Assembly (NCBI GenBank): GCA_964655175.1
Contig: CAZZLY010000004.1
Span: 15,465 to 79,464 of the forward strand
DNA: 64,000 nucleotides
Reading direction: 5' to 3'
Source: an uncultured bacterium
Lineage (GTDB): Bacteria; Eisenbacteria; RBG-16-71-46
Below, one piece after another: positions 47,178 through 56,370 of this stretch. The position numbers were made by a program, and so were the translations under genes. Numbering within the stretch: position 1 is the stretch's first letter; every line of letters begins with the position of its first letter. Below the pieces are notes generated by a model. The model made no database searches. It was not told the DNA's origin and saw nothing but the letters and a program-made list of their open reading frames with translations.

Positions 47178-48962
47178 TCAGCGCGCGATCAGCACCCGGT
47201 TCGTCGTCGTGGTGGTCCCGCGGCGCACCTGCACGAAATACATGCCGGGTGCCTGCCGCGAGCCGTCCCACGTGATCGAGTGGGCACCGGACGCGAACGG
47301 CGCGTCGGCGATCACCGCGATCTCGCGGCCCTGCAGGTCCACGACGCTGGCGCGGACGTGTTCGTCACGCGACACCGCGAAGCTCAACGTGATGCGTCCC
47401 GCCGTCGGGGTCGGCCCGACGTTCACCCGCAGCGCACCGTCCAGGCCCGCCGCCGTCGGCTCGGTCGAGCGGCCATCCCGCTCGTTCTCGACGACCGGCG
47501 CATCCGAACCCATGATGTGCTGCATGCCCTTGGCCCACACGAGGGCGGCCACGTCACGGCCCATGCGGCGCGAGATCAGGTCGCCGTCCTCGAAGTGGAT
47601 GCCGCCCAGACGCCGCGAGATGCCGGCCTCGTCGGCCGCCTCGCTGAACGTGCGCCAGCGCAGCGTCACCGGACGCGACGGGGCGAAGCCCGGCTCGACC
47701 TTGCTGCTGCCGGCGGCGATCGTCACCGAGTGATCGAAGTCGTCGCTGCCCGTGAAGCGCTTGAGGATCTCGGCCGACGACGAGCTGAACGCGCTGTGGC
47801 CCGACGGGAACTCGGAGAACGGCGGCGTCACGAACGTGGCCGGCTGATAGGGCATCCACGCCTCGCCATCGACCAGCCCACGACCCTGGAACGGGATGTA
47901 ACCGCGCACCTTCTGGCCCGCGAACAAGTAGCGCACCGCGGTGATCGGGCGCTCGGAGTCGTAGTACACCTTGGCGTCCCACACCGCGATGCCGGCGTCC
48001 ATGACCGCGTTGCCGAGCAGGAAGAACATCTTCACGTCCTGATCGAACGTGTGGTGGTCGCGCGCCGACACCAACTCGGCGAACAACGTCCAGTGGCCCG
48101 GGGGCAGTTCCGACTTCGGGCCGTCCGCCCAGTACTCGGCGATCACCTTGCCGCGGTCGTCGAGGTGCTCGGTCAGTTCCATGACGTCGCGCGCCTGACG
48201 CTCGTACTCACGGCTCGGGAAGCGGGCCGGGCCCACCGCGGGGCGCAGCGCGTCGCCCGTGGGCATGCCGAACGGCTTCACGTGACCCCAGTGCGCACCG
48301 ATGTAACCCGGCACCACGAAGCCACCCGCACCGTTCGAGAACCGCAGCGGCTGCCAGCGATTGGGGTCGCGGATCGCATCCACCGTGTTCACCGGCTGAT
48401 AGCCGGTGTAGTCGGTGTACGCCCCGGCGTGCAGGTCGCCCAACTGGTTCGAGCCGTCGTGGTGACGCTCGTCGAGCAGCACCTTGGAGCAGGTGTTCCC
48501 CACGCCCTGCGCGGTCGTGGTGCCGAGCGTCTGGTCGTCGGCGTCGTAACCGAGCGCCAGCATCTTGGCGCGGATCAGGTCGCGGCCGGCGGGGAAGATA
48601 TCCTGCATGGTGCGCGCGACCGCGTAGCTGTACGCCTTCTCGCGGTTGGCGGCGGTGCGTTCGGCGGCCGGCCGACGGAAGTCGCCCATCGGGACCGTGG
48701 GCACGGCGACGTCGTCGTAGCACGACCACGCGTCGAAGCCGGCGGTGTGCACCAGGCCGATGCCGCGTGCGACCATGGGCGGGCCGAGCTTCTGGATCCG
48801 GATGCACTGCAGCAGCACCTCGTTCCACTGCACGACCAGCGTGGGGTCCGTGGCGGGTTCGATCACGTGACCACGGCCGTCCTCGGCGTGAGCGGCGGCG
48901 GCGAGGACGAGGCTGGCGGCGAGGGCCAGTGCGGACAGGAGGCGGATGTGACGGGACTTCAT
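47178..48962 (-). CDS. Secreted PAP2 / vanadium-dependent haloperoxidase-like protein with T9SS-type C-terminal domain
   Basis: Signal peptide MKSRHIRLLSALALAASLVLAAAAHA. PAP2 / acid-phosphatase-haloperoxidase motifs (PSGHSAFSSS and SRRLGGIHFEDGD). The C-terminal roughly 80 aa (...GRITLSFAVSRDEHVRASVVDLQGREIA...GMYFVQVRRGTTTTTNRVLIAR) resemble the C-terminal domain of the 17961..20261 protein. Confidence 0.75.
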   Translation of the reverse strand: MKSRHIRLLSALALAASLVLAAAAHAEDGRGHVIEPATDPTLVVQWNEVLLQCIRIQKLGPPMVARGIGLVHTAGFDAWSCYDDVAVPTVPMGDFRRPAAERTAANREKAYSYAVARTMQDIFPAGRDLIRAKMLALGYDADDQTLGTTTAQGVGNTCSKVLLDERHHDGSNQLGDLHAGAYTDYTGYQPVNTVDAIRDPNRWQPLRFSNGAGGFVVPGYIGAHWGHVKPFGMPTGDALRPAVGPARFPSREYERQARDVMELTEHLDDRGKVIAEYWADGPKSELPPGHWTLFAELVSARDHHTFDQDVKMFFLLGNAVMDAGIAVWDAKVYYDSERPITAVRYLFAGQKVRGYIPFQGRGLVDGEAWMPYQPATFVTPPFSEFPSGHSAFSSSSAEILKRFTGSDDFDHSVTIAAGSSKVEPGFAPSRPVTLRWRTFSEAADEAGISRRLGGIHFEDGDLISRRMGRDVAALVWAKGMQHIMGSDAPVVENERDGRSTEPTAAGLDGALRVNVGPTPTAGRITLSFAVSRDEHVRASVVDLQGREIAVIADAPFASGAHSITWDGSRQAPGMYFVQVRRGTTTTTNRVLIAR

Positions 48963-49271
48963 GGGACGATCTCCTGACTGGGGGGGAAGGGCGGCGGTCG
49001 GGCCGTTGCCTGCAGGGCGGGGCACCGTTCGTCGTCAGGCGACCTGGGGGGACGCGGTCGCGTCCCGGGTCGTGCATGGAGTGAGGTTCGACTACACGAA
49101 GTTCATCACCAATGAAGAAGCGCCCTCGGGGTGCGGTGAGGCGTGATTTCGTTCACCCGGGCGAAACCCCCCGGGGATCGAGCCGCACCCCGGGTTCCGC
49201 AGGGCCGTACGAAGTTCGATGCTACTGAACTCGGTGGGTGCGCCGGATGCCGACGCGGGACGACGGGACGC

Positions 49272-50534
49272 TCAGGCGGTGGGCAGGGCGGAGGCGCCGC
49301 GGCGGTGCCACAGCAGCGCGAGCACGCCCGCGACCGCGATACACGCGGCCGCCACGATGAGCGTCGTGGTGGTGCCCAGACGCGGCGTGAGCAGCGTGGC
49401 GACCGCCATCGAGACGAGCAGCAGCAGGCGCATCGCGAAGTCGCGCAGGCTGAAGACGCGGCCGCGCTCGTGCAGCCCGGTGCCCTCCTGCACGAGCGTC
49501 TCGGTGAGCACGAACGCCGGCGCGATGCACGCGCCGATCAGGAACGCGGCGATCGCGAACACGGCGTAGCGACTCGACACCGCCAGCGCCACGAGCCAGC
49601 CGCCCGCGAGGATCATGCCCACGCCCAGCAGCAGCGCGCGCGGCCGAGTGCGACCCCGCGTATTGACCCACCACGTCGCGAGCGCGGCCCCCACGCCCAG
49701 CGCACCACCCAGACCGGCGATGCGCTCGGCGCCGGGGATGCTCGCGGCGCGCTGGATGTGCTGGATGCCGGCGACCTGGATGAAGCCACCGCCGAGCCAG
49801 ACCGCCCCGAGCGCGGTGAACGCCAGCCCCACCGCGGGCGAGCGGCGCACGGTGCGCAGACCCTCGAGCAGCTCGTGCCAGTAGCCGCCGAGCGAGACCT
49901 CGTGCGTCGGGCGCGGGCGCGGCCGGTAGCGCACGAGTGCGAGCGACAGCACCGAGACGCCGTAGGTGATCGCGTCCATCGTGAGCGCCACCTTCCAGCC
50001 CCAGTGATCCACGACCCAGCCGCCCATGGCGAAGCCGATCACCGTGCCGGCGATGCCGGCGACCGCGAGCAGCGTGTTGGCCGACAGCAGCTGCGACGGC
50101 GGTACGATCTCGGGCGTCATCGCGCTCTTGGCGGGCAGGAAGAACACGTTGGCCGTGAACATGAGGAACACCGTCGCCCACACGGGGGCCGCCAGATGCG
50201 TGGCGCTGTACACGAGCGGGATGCCCAGCACGAGCAGGGCGCGCACGAGGTCCGACACGATGAGCACGCGCCGCAGGTTCCAGCGGTCGACCCATGGGCC
50301 CACGAACGGCGCGAACATCAGCACCGGCAGCACCGTGACGGTGCCGTGCAGGCTCAGCATGAGCGACGAGTGCCCCACGTCGTGGTAGCCGCGCGTGTGC
50401 TCCTGCACGAGGCCGTTGAGCGCGAGGTAGTTGACGCGATCGCCCCAGAGCGAGATGAGCTGCCCCCACCAGAGCGCGGCGAAGTCGCGCTGCAGCAGCA
50501 GCGGGCGGCTCGAGGGCGCGGGAGGGGAGGTCAC
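49272..50534 (-). CDS. MFS transporter
   Basis: 12 predicted TM helices. The start is assigned to the GTG at 50534 (VTSPPAPS...) because the listed ORF's extended N-terminus overlaps the upstream GT4 gene; the start is uncertain. Confidence 0.6.
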   Translation of the reverse strand: MTSPPAPSSRPLLLQRDFAALWWGQLISLWGDRVNYLALNGLVQEHTRGYHDVGHSSLMLSLHGTVTVLPVLMFAPFVGPWVDRWNLRRVLIVSDLVRALLVLGIPLVYSATHLAAPVWATVFLMFTANVFFLPAKSAMTPEIVPPSQLLSANTLLAVAGIAGTVIGFAMGGWVVDHWGWKVALTMDAITYGVSVLSLALVRYRPRPRPTHEVSLGGYWHELLEGLRTVRRSPAVGLAFTALGAVWLGGGFIQVAGIQHIQRAASIPGAERIAGLGGALGVGAALATWWVNTRGRTRPRALLLGVGMILAGGWLVALAVSSRYAVFAIAAFLIGACIAPAFVLTETLVQEGTGLHERGRVFSLRDFAMRLLLLVSMAVATLLTPRLGTTTTLIVAAACIAVAGVLALLWHRRGASALPTA

Positions 50535-50554
50535 CGGAGCGGACCGGTCCGCGC

Positions 50555-51706
50555 TCAGGCCGCGGACGTGCCGGCGAGCGTGGCGGCGCGCTTCCCGGCC
50601 GCCTCGCGATAGACCTGCTCGATGCGGTCCACGACGCGCGGCCACGAGAACTCGAGCGCGCGCTGTCGGCCGGTCTCGGCGATGCGACCGCGGCGCTCGG
50701 GGTCCTCGACGAGCTGCGAGATCGAGCGCGCGAGCGCGGGCACGTCGCCGGGCGGGAACACGACCGCGTCGCGGTTGGGCGTGACCACCGTGCGATAGCC
50801 GGGGATGTCCGAGCAGACCACGGCGCGCCCCGCGGCCATGGCTTCGACGAGCACGATGCCGAAGCTCTCGTTGCCGGTGGCGGGCGAGCAGAAGATGTCG
50901 CCGGTGGCGTACCAGCGCGGCAGGTCGGCGCTCGGCACGTGCCCCAGGAAGTGGACGTGCTCGCGCACCGAACCGGGCACGCCGGCCATGATCTGCGGGC
51001 GCAGGTAGGAGTCACCCACGACGAGCAGGCGGGCGCGGCCATCGGTGCGCTGCACGACCTCGGGCATGGCGGCGATCAGGTCCTGCACGCCCTTGCGCGG
51101 GTCGAGCCGGCCCACGAACAGCAGGTTCGTGAAGTTGGGGTCGCGCCACTCGTGGAACGGTTCGACCAGCGGATGGAAGCGCTGCACGTCGACGCCGTTC
51201 GGGATCACGTGGTACGGGCCGGGGTGGTAGAGCTCGGCGGTCGCCAGCGCCGTGCTCGAGACCGCGATGCGCGCATCGAGGCGCTCCATCGCGTTCACGA
51301 CGATCGGCCGGAACAGGTCCTGCAGTGCGGTGCGCCCGCCGGTCGAGTGGAACGTGCCCACGGTGGGCCGGTCCGAGACCTGGGTGGCGAACAGCGGCAG
51401 CGTCGGCGCGGTGGGGCAGTGGATGTGCACCACGTCCAGATCGAGCTCGCGGATGGCGCGCTTGAGGCGACCCTTGAGCGACAGGCCGATCGCGAAGTCC
51501 ACGAACGCGCGGTTGAACGGCACCAGGATGTTCCAGCCGATCCGCTTGACGCCGTCCTTGAAGCCCTTCTCACCACGGCGGAAGAAGCTCGTGATGATCG
51601 TGACCTCGTGACCGCGTTGCCGCAGCTCGTGGGCGAGCGCGTGCACGTGCTCGGTCACCCCGCCGTAGCGCGGGTAGTACGACTGCGAGACGATGCCGAT
51701 CCTCAC
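50555..51706 (-). CDS. GT4 glycosyltransferase, PimA/MgtA-like (glycolipid mannosyl/glycosyl transferase type)
   Basis: RIGIVSQSYYPRYGGVTEHV N-terminus. EX7E region (NESFGIVLVEAMAAGRAVVCSDIPGYRTVV). GTG start overlaps the upstream acyltransferase stop. Confidence 0.8.
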   Translation of the reverse strand: MRIGIVSQSYYPRYGGVTEHVHALAHELRQRGHEVTIITSFFRRGEKGFKDGVKRIGWNILVPFNRAFVDFAIGLSLKGRLKRAIRELDLDVVHIHCPTAPTLPLFATQVSDRPTVGTFHSTGGRTALQDLFRPIVVNAMERLDARIAVSSTALATAELYHPGPYHVIPNGVDVQRFHPLVEPFHEWRDPNFTNLLFVGRLDPRKGVQDLIAAMPEVVQRTDGRARLLVVGDSYLRPQIMAGVPGSVREHVHFLGHVPSADLPRWYATGDIFCSPATGNESFGIVLVEAMAAGRAVVCSDIPGYRTVVTPNRDAVVFPPGDVPALARSISQLVEDPERRGRIAETGRQRALEFSWPRVVDRIEQVYREAAGKRAATLAGTSAA

Positions 51707-52593
51707 GCGTCCACCGTGGCGGCGGCGGGTTCGACCGCGGTCGAGGTCGCGGGCTCGGCCCACAGCGGCCGGAAGATGCACCACTGATCCAGGTGCTCGC
51801 GGATGTGCCGCTCGGCCACGCGCGCGACGGCCTGATGCACGTCGGCGGTCGAGGCGAAGGTCGCGGGGTCGATGGGCGGCTCGAGCACGATGCGGAACCG
51901 CCCCGGCGTCGTGCGCGCGCAGTAACCCGGCACGATGAGCGCCCCGGTGCGCTGCGCCAGCACGCCCGGACCGGCGGGGAAGCGCGAGGTCCGCCCGAAC
52001 CACTCGACCTCGATGCCGTGCGTGTAGACGTCGCCGTCGACCATGAGCGCGACCGGGTCGTTGTGGTCGAGCGCGCGCATGATCTTGCGGAAGCCGTCCT
52101 CGGGCGAGATCGTGGTGATGGACAGTTCGGTCTTGGTCTCGCGCACCGCGCCCGACAGCCAGCGCGACAGCTGCACCCCGGCGACCGCGTGCAGCGCGTA
52201 GCCCCACTGCGCCACCATGACGCCCGCGAGTTCCCAGTTGCCCAGATGGGTCGCGGTCAGGATGACGCCACGCCCGCGCGCCAGCGCGTGGTCGAGGTGC
52301 TCCTTGCCCACGACCTCGACCGCACCGAGCAGGTCCTCGCGCGACAGGTGGGGCAGGCGGAAGAACTCGAACATCATGCGGTTGTAGCTGCGCATCATGC
52401 CGCGGGCGACCCGGGCCCGGTCGGCGCGCGAGGCGCGGGGCATGATCACCGCCAGATTGGCCATGACGGCGTGCCGGCGGGCGGGGAACGCCAGCCAGTG
52501 GATACCCGTGGCCGCGTCGGCCAGTGCGTAGCCGAGCCAGGGCGGGAGGCTGGCGATGAACGCGGTGAGCCAGCCGTAGACGAGTCGCGACAT
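51703..52593 (-). CDS. Lysophospholipid/lipid A-type acyltransferase (LPLAT, HtrB/PatA-like)
   Basis: LPLAT family signature (ATHLGNWE) and N-terminal membrane anchor. GGAGG RBS 7 nt upstream. ATG at 52593. Confidence 0.75.
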   Translation of the reverse strand: MSRLVYGWLTAFIASLPPWLGYALADAATGIHWLAFPARRHAVMANLAVIMPRASRADRARVARGMMRSYNRMMFEFFRLPHLSREDLLGAVEVVGKEHLDHALARGRGVILTATHLGNWELAGVMVAQWGYALHAVAGVQLSRWLSGAVRETKTELSITTISPEDGFRKIMRALDHNDPVALMVDGDVYTHGIEVEWFGRTSRFPAGPGVLAQRTGALIVPGYCARTTPGRFRIVLEPPIDPATFASTADVHQAVARVAERHIREHLDQWCIFRPLWAEPATSTAVEPAAATVDA

Positions 52594-52847
52594 TCCGTTG
52601 CCTCCAGGCCCCCGGGGCGGGTGGGCGGGGCCGCGGGGCCTGCCGCAAATGGGGTCCGCGAGCGACCGTAGGCGGGGCATGGGGGGGTGTCAAGGTTCGG
52701 CAGGACCTGCCGCACACGGGGGCCGTTGGTCCCCCGCGGACAGGTTCGTGTGGGGCCGAGCGCCCGGGCGGTGTAAGGTGGAGGCCGCTCCCGGGGGCCG
52801 TCACCGCGCCCATCCACGCGGGTCCCGTCGGGCGCCAAGGAGGCCTC

Positions 52848-53264
52848 ATGTCCAGCCAGAAGATCGTGCGCTGCCAGTTGGTCCGTAAGGGGAGCGACGC
52901 CAAGCCGCAGGTGCGCTACGTCCCGCTCGAGATCTACGGTCTGTGGGAGCACCTCATGTCCTCGAAGCACGGCTTCGAGGTGCGTGATGCACGCGCCTCG
53001 CTGTGGCTCGACATGGAGGACTCGCCCGAGGCCGCGTACACGCAGGACCAGTACGACCGCGTCGTCGAGGTGACGGCCTACGTGTACTCGCAGCGCGACG
53101 ACATGTTCACGCGCGCGCGGCGCTACTTCCGCGCCGACGAGGCCGACCAGCTCAAGCGCATCTTCCTGTCGCACTACACGGGTGAGGAGTCGCGCATCCA
53201 GACGCAGGTCCACGAGCGCTCGGGCATCTGGATCGTCCGTGAGGCGCTGGTCGGCAACGTCTAG
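52848..53264 (+). CDS. Hypothetical cytoplasmic protein
   Basis: AAGGAGG RBS directly upstream. Codon usage consistent with coding. No recognisable motif. Confidence 0.45.
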   Translation: MSSQKIVRCQLVRKGSDAKPQVRYVPLEIYGLWEHLMSSKHGFEVRDARASLWLDMEDSPEAAYTQDQYDRVVEVTAYVYSQRDDMFTRARRYFRADEADQLKRIFLSHYTGEESRIQTQVHERSGIWIVREALVGNV

Positions 53265-53288
53265 CCCACCGTCCCATCGTTCGCGCCG

Positions 53289-53330
53289 GGGCGCGGTCCC
53301 GCCGGTCGTCACGGCGCCGGGACCGCGCCC
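53289..53330 (+). terminator. Stem-loop downstream of the hypothetical gene
   Basis: GGGCGCGGTCCCG (16 nt loop) CGGGACCGCGCCC: a 13 bp perfect stem followed by TTCGCG. Only a short U tract. Confidence 0.4.
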
Positions 53331-53658
53331 TTCGCGTGTCCGCCCATGGCGCCGCGCACGCGGTGGGGGCCCGATCCGCGCGGTCCGCCGCGTCCACGCC
53401 CCCCGCGTCACGGGCCCACACGGGTTCCGCAAGATTCTCCTCAAGTCCGCGGTGGGGGCGCGCCGATACCCTGCCCGCAGCGTTCATCCCCGCAGTGTCT
53501 CCAAGCAGGGAAGCTCGGGCGTCACGCCCGACCGTTGTGGCGACCCCATCCGTGAACGGCTTCGCCGTTCGCCTCGGGGCCCGTGGAGAAAGGGCGGCAA
53601 GGGGCTCCATGGATCACCCCGTGAAGGGGTGGGGTCACCACTAGGGAAGGAGAGCAAC

Positions 53659-54813
53659 GTGGTCGTCGTCAGCTATTCGGGTAAGGAAATCAACGCCAAG
53701 CTGGTCTATTACGGTGCCGGCCTGAGCGGCAAGACGACGAACCTGGAAGCCATCTACGAGGCCGTGCCCGATGCGAGCCGCGGCAAGATGGTGAGCATGA
53801 AGACGCAGTCCGACCGGACGCTCTTCTTCGATCTGCTCCCCCTCGATCTCGGCGAGATCATGGGGTTCAAGACGCGCTTCCTTCTTTACACGGTGCCGGG
53901 TCAGGTGTTCTACAACGCGACCCGCAAGCTGGTCCTCAAGGGTGCCGACGCGATCGTGTTCGTGGCCGATTCCGAGGTCGGTAAGATGGAGGAGAACAAG
54001 GAGTCGCTCGCGAACCTGCGTGCGAACCTGGCCGAGTACGGCCTCTCGCTGGACTCCATCCCGTGGGTGATCCAGTACAACAAGCGTGATCTGCCGAACG
54101 TCTACACGGTCGACGAGTTGAACGCCGAGCTCAATCCCACGGGCGTGCCGTCCTTCGAGGCGGTGGCGAGCGAGGGGCGGGGAGTGTTCGAGACCTTCCG
54201 CGGCGTGTCGCACCTGTTGATGGAGAAGGTCACCAAGGACCTGCGCCGTCCCTCCGCGACGACCACCCCGCGCCCCGTGAGCACGCCGGTGAGCCCGGAG
54301 CCCGTCGCCGAGACGCCGGTCGCCACGGTCACCCCGATCCGCAGCGCGCCCACGCTGGCGCCGATCCAGGCGATCCGGCAGGAGTCGCTGACGTCGCACG
54401 AACCGGCGCCCGAGCCCGTGTTCGAGATCGAGCGCACGCCCGCGCCGCGCATCCCGGCCACGCTGCACGTGGAGCCGCAGGTGCCCGAGCCCGTGACGAC
54501 CTCGGCCGCCAACGACGAGCCGTTCCGCACGGTGCCGCTGCCGCGCCCCTCGGGTCTGATGTCGCGCCCGACGTTCGCGACCGAGCCGACGCCCGAGGTC
54601 ACGGCCCCGACGCCGACCTTCGAGTCGCCCGAGCCCGCGGTCACGCCGCTCGCCACGGTGACGCCGATCCCGGTGACGCATGCGGTCGAGCCGACGCCCA
54701 CGACCGACGAGGTCGAGGTGCGGCACATCGTGGTCCCGGTGCAGCTGCCGCCGGGTGGGAAGTACGAGATCGTCATCAAGCTCCAGATCGACACCCAGCA
54801 GCAGGCGGCCTGA
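53659..54813 (+). CDS. mglA: MglA-like Ras-superfamily small GTPase with a roughly 190 aa Pro/Thr/Glu-rich C-terminal extension
   Basis: The N-terminal 195 aa align motif-for-motif with Myxococcus MglA (YSGKEINAKLVYYGAGLSGKTTNL; TQSDRTLFFDLLPLDLGEI; FLLYTVPGQVFY; ADAIVFVADS; VIQYNKRDLP). GTG start with a GGAAGGAGAG RBS. The C-terminus is low complexity, with internal imperfect repeats (EPVAETPVATVTPI / EPAVTPLATVTPIP). Confidence 0.8.
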   Translation: MVVVSYSGKEINAKLVYYGAGLSGKTTNLEAIYEAVPDASRGKMVSMKTQSDRTLFFDLLPLDLGEIMGFKTRFLLYTVPGQVFYNATRKLVLKGADAIVFVADSEVGKMEENKESLANLRANLAEYGLSLDSIPWVIQYNKRDLPNVYTVDELNAELNPTGVPSFEAVASEGRGVFETFRGVSHLLMEKVTKDLRRPSATTTPRPVSTPVSPEPVAETPVATVTPIRSAPTLAPIQAIRQESLTSHEPAPEPVFEIERTPAPRIPATLHVEPQVPEPVTTSAANDEPFRTVPLPRPSGLMSRPTFATEPTPEVTAPTPTFESPEPAVTPLATVTPIPVTHAVEPTPTTDEVEVRHIVVPVQLPPGGKYEIVIKLQIDTQQQAA

Positions 54814-54869
54814 GTCGTCCGGCGCTCGTCAACTCCTCGGGAACCCGCGTCACCCCTCACGGTCCGCCG

Positions 54870-54898
54870 TTGACAGGGGCGGCGCGGGTTCCTAGCTT
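54870..54898 (+). promoter_or_regulatory. Sigma70-type promoter candidate (TTGACA-N17-TAGCTT)
   Basis: Exact TTGACA at 54870..54875, a 17 nt spacer, TAGCTT at 54893..54898, then the GGAGG RBS and the ATG at 54918. Confidence 0.45.
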
Positions 54899-54917
54899 CT
54901 GGGGCGGGAGGACCACC

Positions 54918-55391
54918 ATGATCCGTCGCCGTGCCGTGATGTCGCTCGCCGTGCTCGTCGGTTCGCTGCTGCTCGTCGCGCCCCGCGCGCGGGCCAACGG
55001 TTTCATGGACGACGGCGGCTACGTGCCGCGCGTGCCCGTCTCGGCGTTCGCGCATCCGGCGGCGTGGTTCGATCCCTCGCGCCTGCACTTCAACTCGACG
55101 ATCGCGTTCGGCACCGGTGGGGGCGGCCGCTCCAGCGCGCTGCAGACGCTCGGCTTCAGCTACCAGTTCCGCGCGCCGCTGACGCTCAACGTGAGCGTCG
55201 GGAACACGTTCGGCACCGAGAGGTCGGGGCAGAACCCGTTCTTCCTGCAGGGGCTCGACGTCACCTGGCGTCCGAGCCGCAACGCCACGTTCCGCGTCGA
55301 GATGCGCGACGTCCGGTCGCCGCTGCAGTACGGCTACGGCCCGTTCGGCCGCCCGGCGATCGGCGCCGACCCGTTCACGTCGCCGTACTGA
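54918..55391 (+). CDS. Small secreted protein, possible outer-membrane beta-barrel
   Basis: Signal peptide MIRRRAVMSLAVLVGSLLLVAPRARA. Alternating hydrophobic pattern and a C-terminal aromatic residue (...DPFTSPY), consistent with a small OMP. Confidence 0.45.
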   Translation: MIRRRAVMSLAVLVGSLLLVAPRARANGFMDDGGYVPRVPVSAFAHPAAWFDPSRLHFNSTIAFGTGGGGRSSALQTLGFSYQFRAPLTLNVSVGNTFGTERSGQNPFFLQGLDVTWRPSRNATFRVEMRDVRSPLQYGYGPFGRPAIGADPFTSPY

Positions 55392-55395
55392 CGAC

Positions 55396-56187
55396 TTGAG
55401 CGCCTCGCGTCTGGCCTCGGCGTTCGCGTCCCGCACGGGCGCGACCGGGCTCATCCCGTTCCTCACCGCGGGCTATCCGTCGCTCGACGCCTCGCTCGCG
55501 ATGATGCACGCCCTCGAGCACGCCGGGGCGCTCGCGATCGAGGTGGGGGTGCCGTTCTCGGACCCGATCGCCGACGGCCCCGACATCCAGCGCGCCTCCG
55601 AATGGGCGCTGCGCGCCGGCGTCGGCGTGCGCGACGTGTTCGCCCTGGTGGCGCGCTTCCGCGAGCGCTCGTCGTTGCCCGTCGTGATCATGACCTACGC
55701 GAACCCCGTCGCGCGGATCGGCGCCGAGGCGTTCGCGCGTGAGGCCCGTGCGGCCGGCGTGGACGGCATCATCCTGTCCGACCTGCCGCCGGACGAGCTG
55801 CCCGAGACCTGGGCCGCGATGGACGCCCACGGCCTCGACACCGTGCTGTTGATCGCCCCGACGACCGCGGCCGAGCGTCTGCCTCGATTGCTCGCGCGCT
55901 GCCGCGGCTTCGTGTACTGCCTGTCGCGCACCGGGGTCACCGGGCAGTCGGGCGGCTACGCCGGGTCCCTGGATGAGCGCCTGACGCAGGTCCGCGCCGC
56001 GAGCTCGCTGCCGATCGGTGTGGGCTTCGGCATCTCGACGCCGGCCGATGCCGGGGCGCTGCGCGGCAAGGTGGATGCGGCGATCGTCGGGGCCGCCTTC
56101 ATGCGCCTCGTGACGCAGGACCCCGCCCACGGTGTCGTGGAGCGCGTCGAGACGCTGGCGCGCGGGCTGGTGGACGCGCTGCGCTGA
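55396..56187 (+). CDS. trpA: Tryptophan synthase alpha chain
   Basis: TrpA motifs (LIPFLTAGYP, IEVGVPFSDPIADGPDIQ, GFGIS). TTG start. No trpB adjacent. Confidence 0.9.
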   Translation: MSASRLASAFASRTGATGLIPFLTAGYPSLDASLAMMHALEHAGALAIEVGVPFSDPIADGPDIQRASEWALRAGVGVRDVFALVARFRERSSLPVVIMTYANPVARIGAEAFAREARAAGVDGIILSDLPPDELPETWAAMDAHGLDTVLLIAPTTAAERLPRLLARCRGFVYCLSRTGVTGQSGGYAGSLDERLTQVRAASSLPIGVGFGISTPADAGALRGKVDAAIVGAAFMRLVTQDPAHGVVERVETLARGLVDALR

Positions 56188-56342
56188 AGTCCTTGGGCGC
56201 GGCGCGCTTGCCGCGTGGGCTTCGCGTGATCGCTGCGCTGGTGCGAGGCTCGGGGGAGTGCCGTCGTCGCCCCGAGGGAGAACGCAGAGGGGGCGTCCGG
56301 CCTTCCGGCGATGGACGCCACCCGGTCCGGTCGGTATTGTCA

Positions 56343-56370
56343 TGAAGTCGCTTGCCCGACCTGCCGATAC
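56343..56370 (+). promoter_or_regulatory. Candidate sigma28 (FliA)-type promoter upstream of csrA-flgM
   Basis: tGAAGtcg-N12-GCCGATAC, compared with the TAAAGTTT-N11-GCCGATAA consensus. The -10 half matches 7 of 8, the -35 half is weak. About 125 nt upstream of csrA. Confidence 0.3.

Noticed and set aside
49143-51042. Large + (489 aa) and - (606 aa) ORFs overlapping the MFS and GT4 genes in other frames
   Set aside because: The MFS (12 TM) and GT4 (EX7E) readings in the chosen frames are coherent; the alternatives are low-complexity shadows.
52848-53264. Considered whether the 138 aa protein upstream of the MglA-like gene is MglB (Roadblock/LC7)
   Set aside because: No alternating beta-alpha-beta Roadblock pattern. 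Highly charged sequence, separated from the GTPase by a hairpin and a roughly 400 nt gap. Left as hypothetical.
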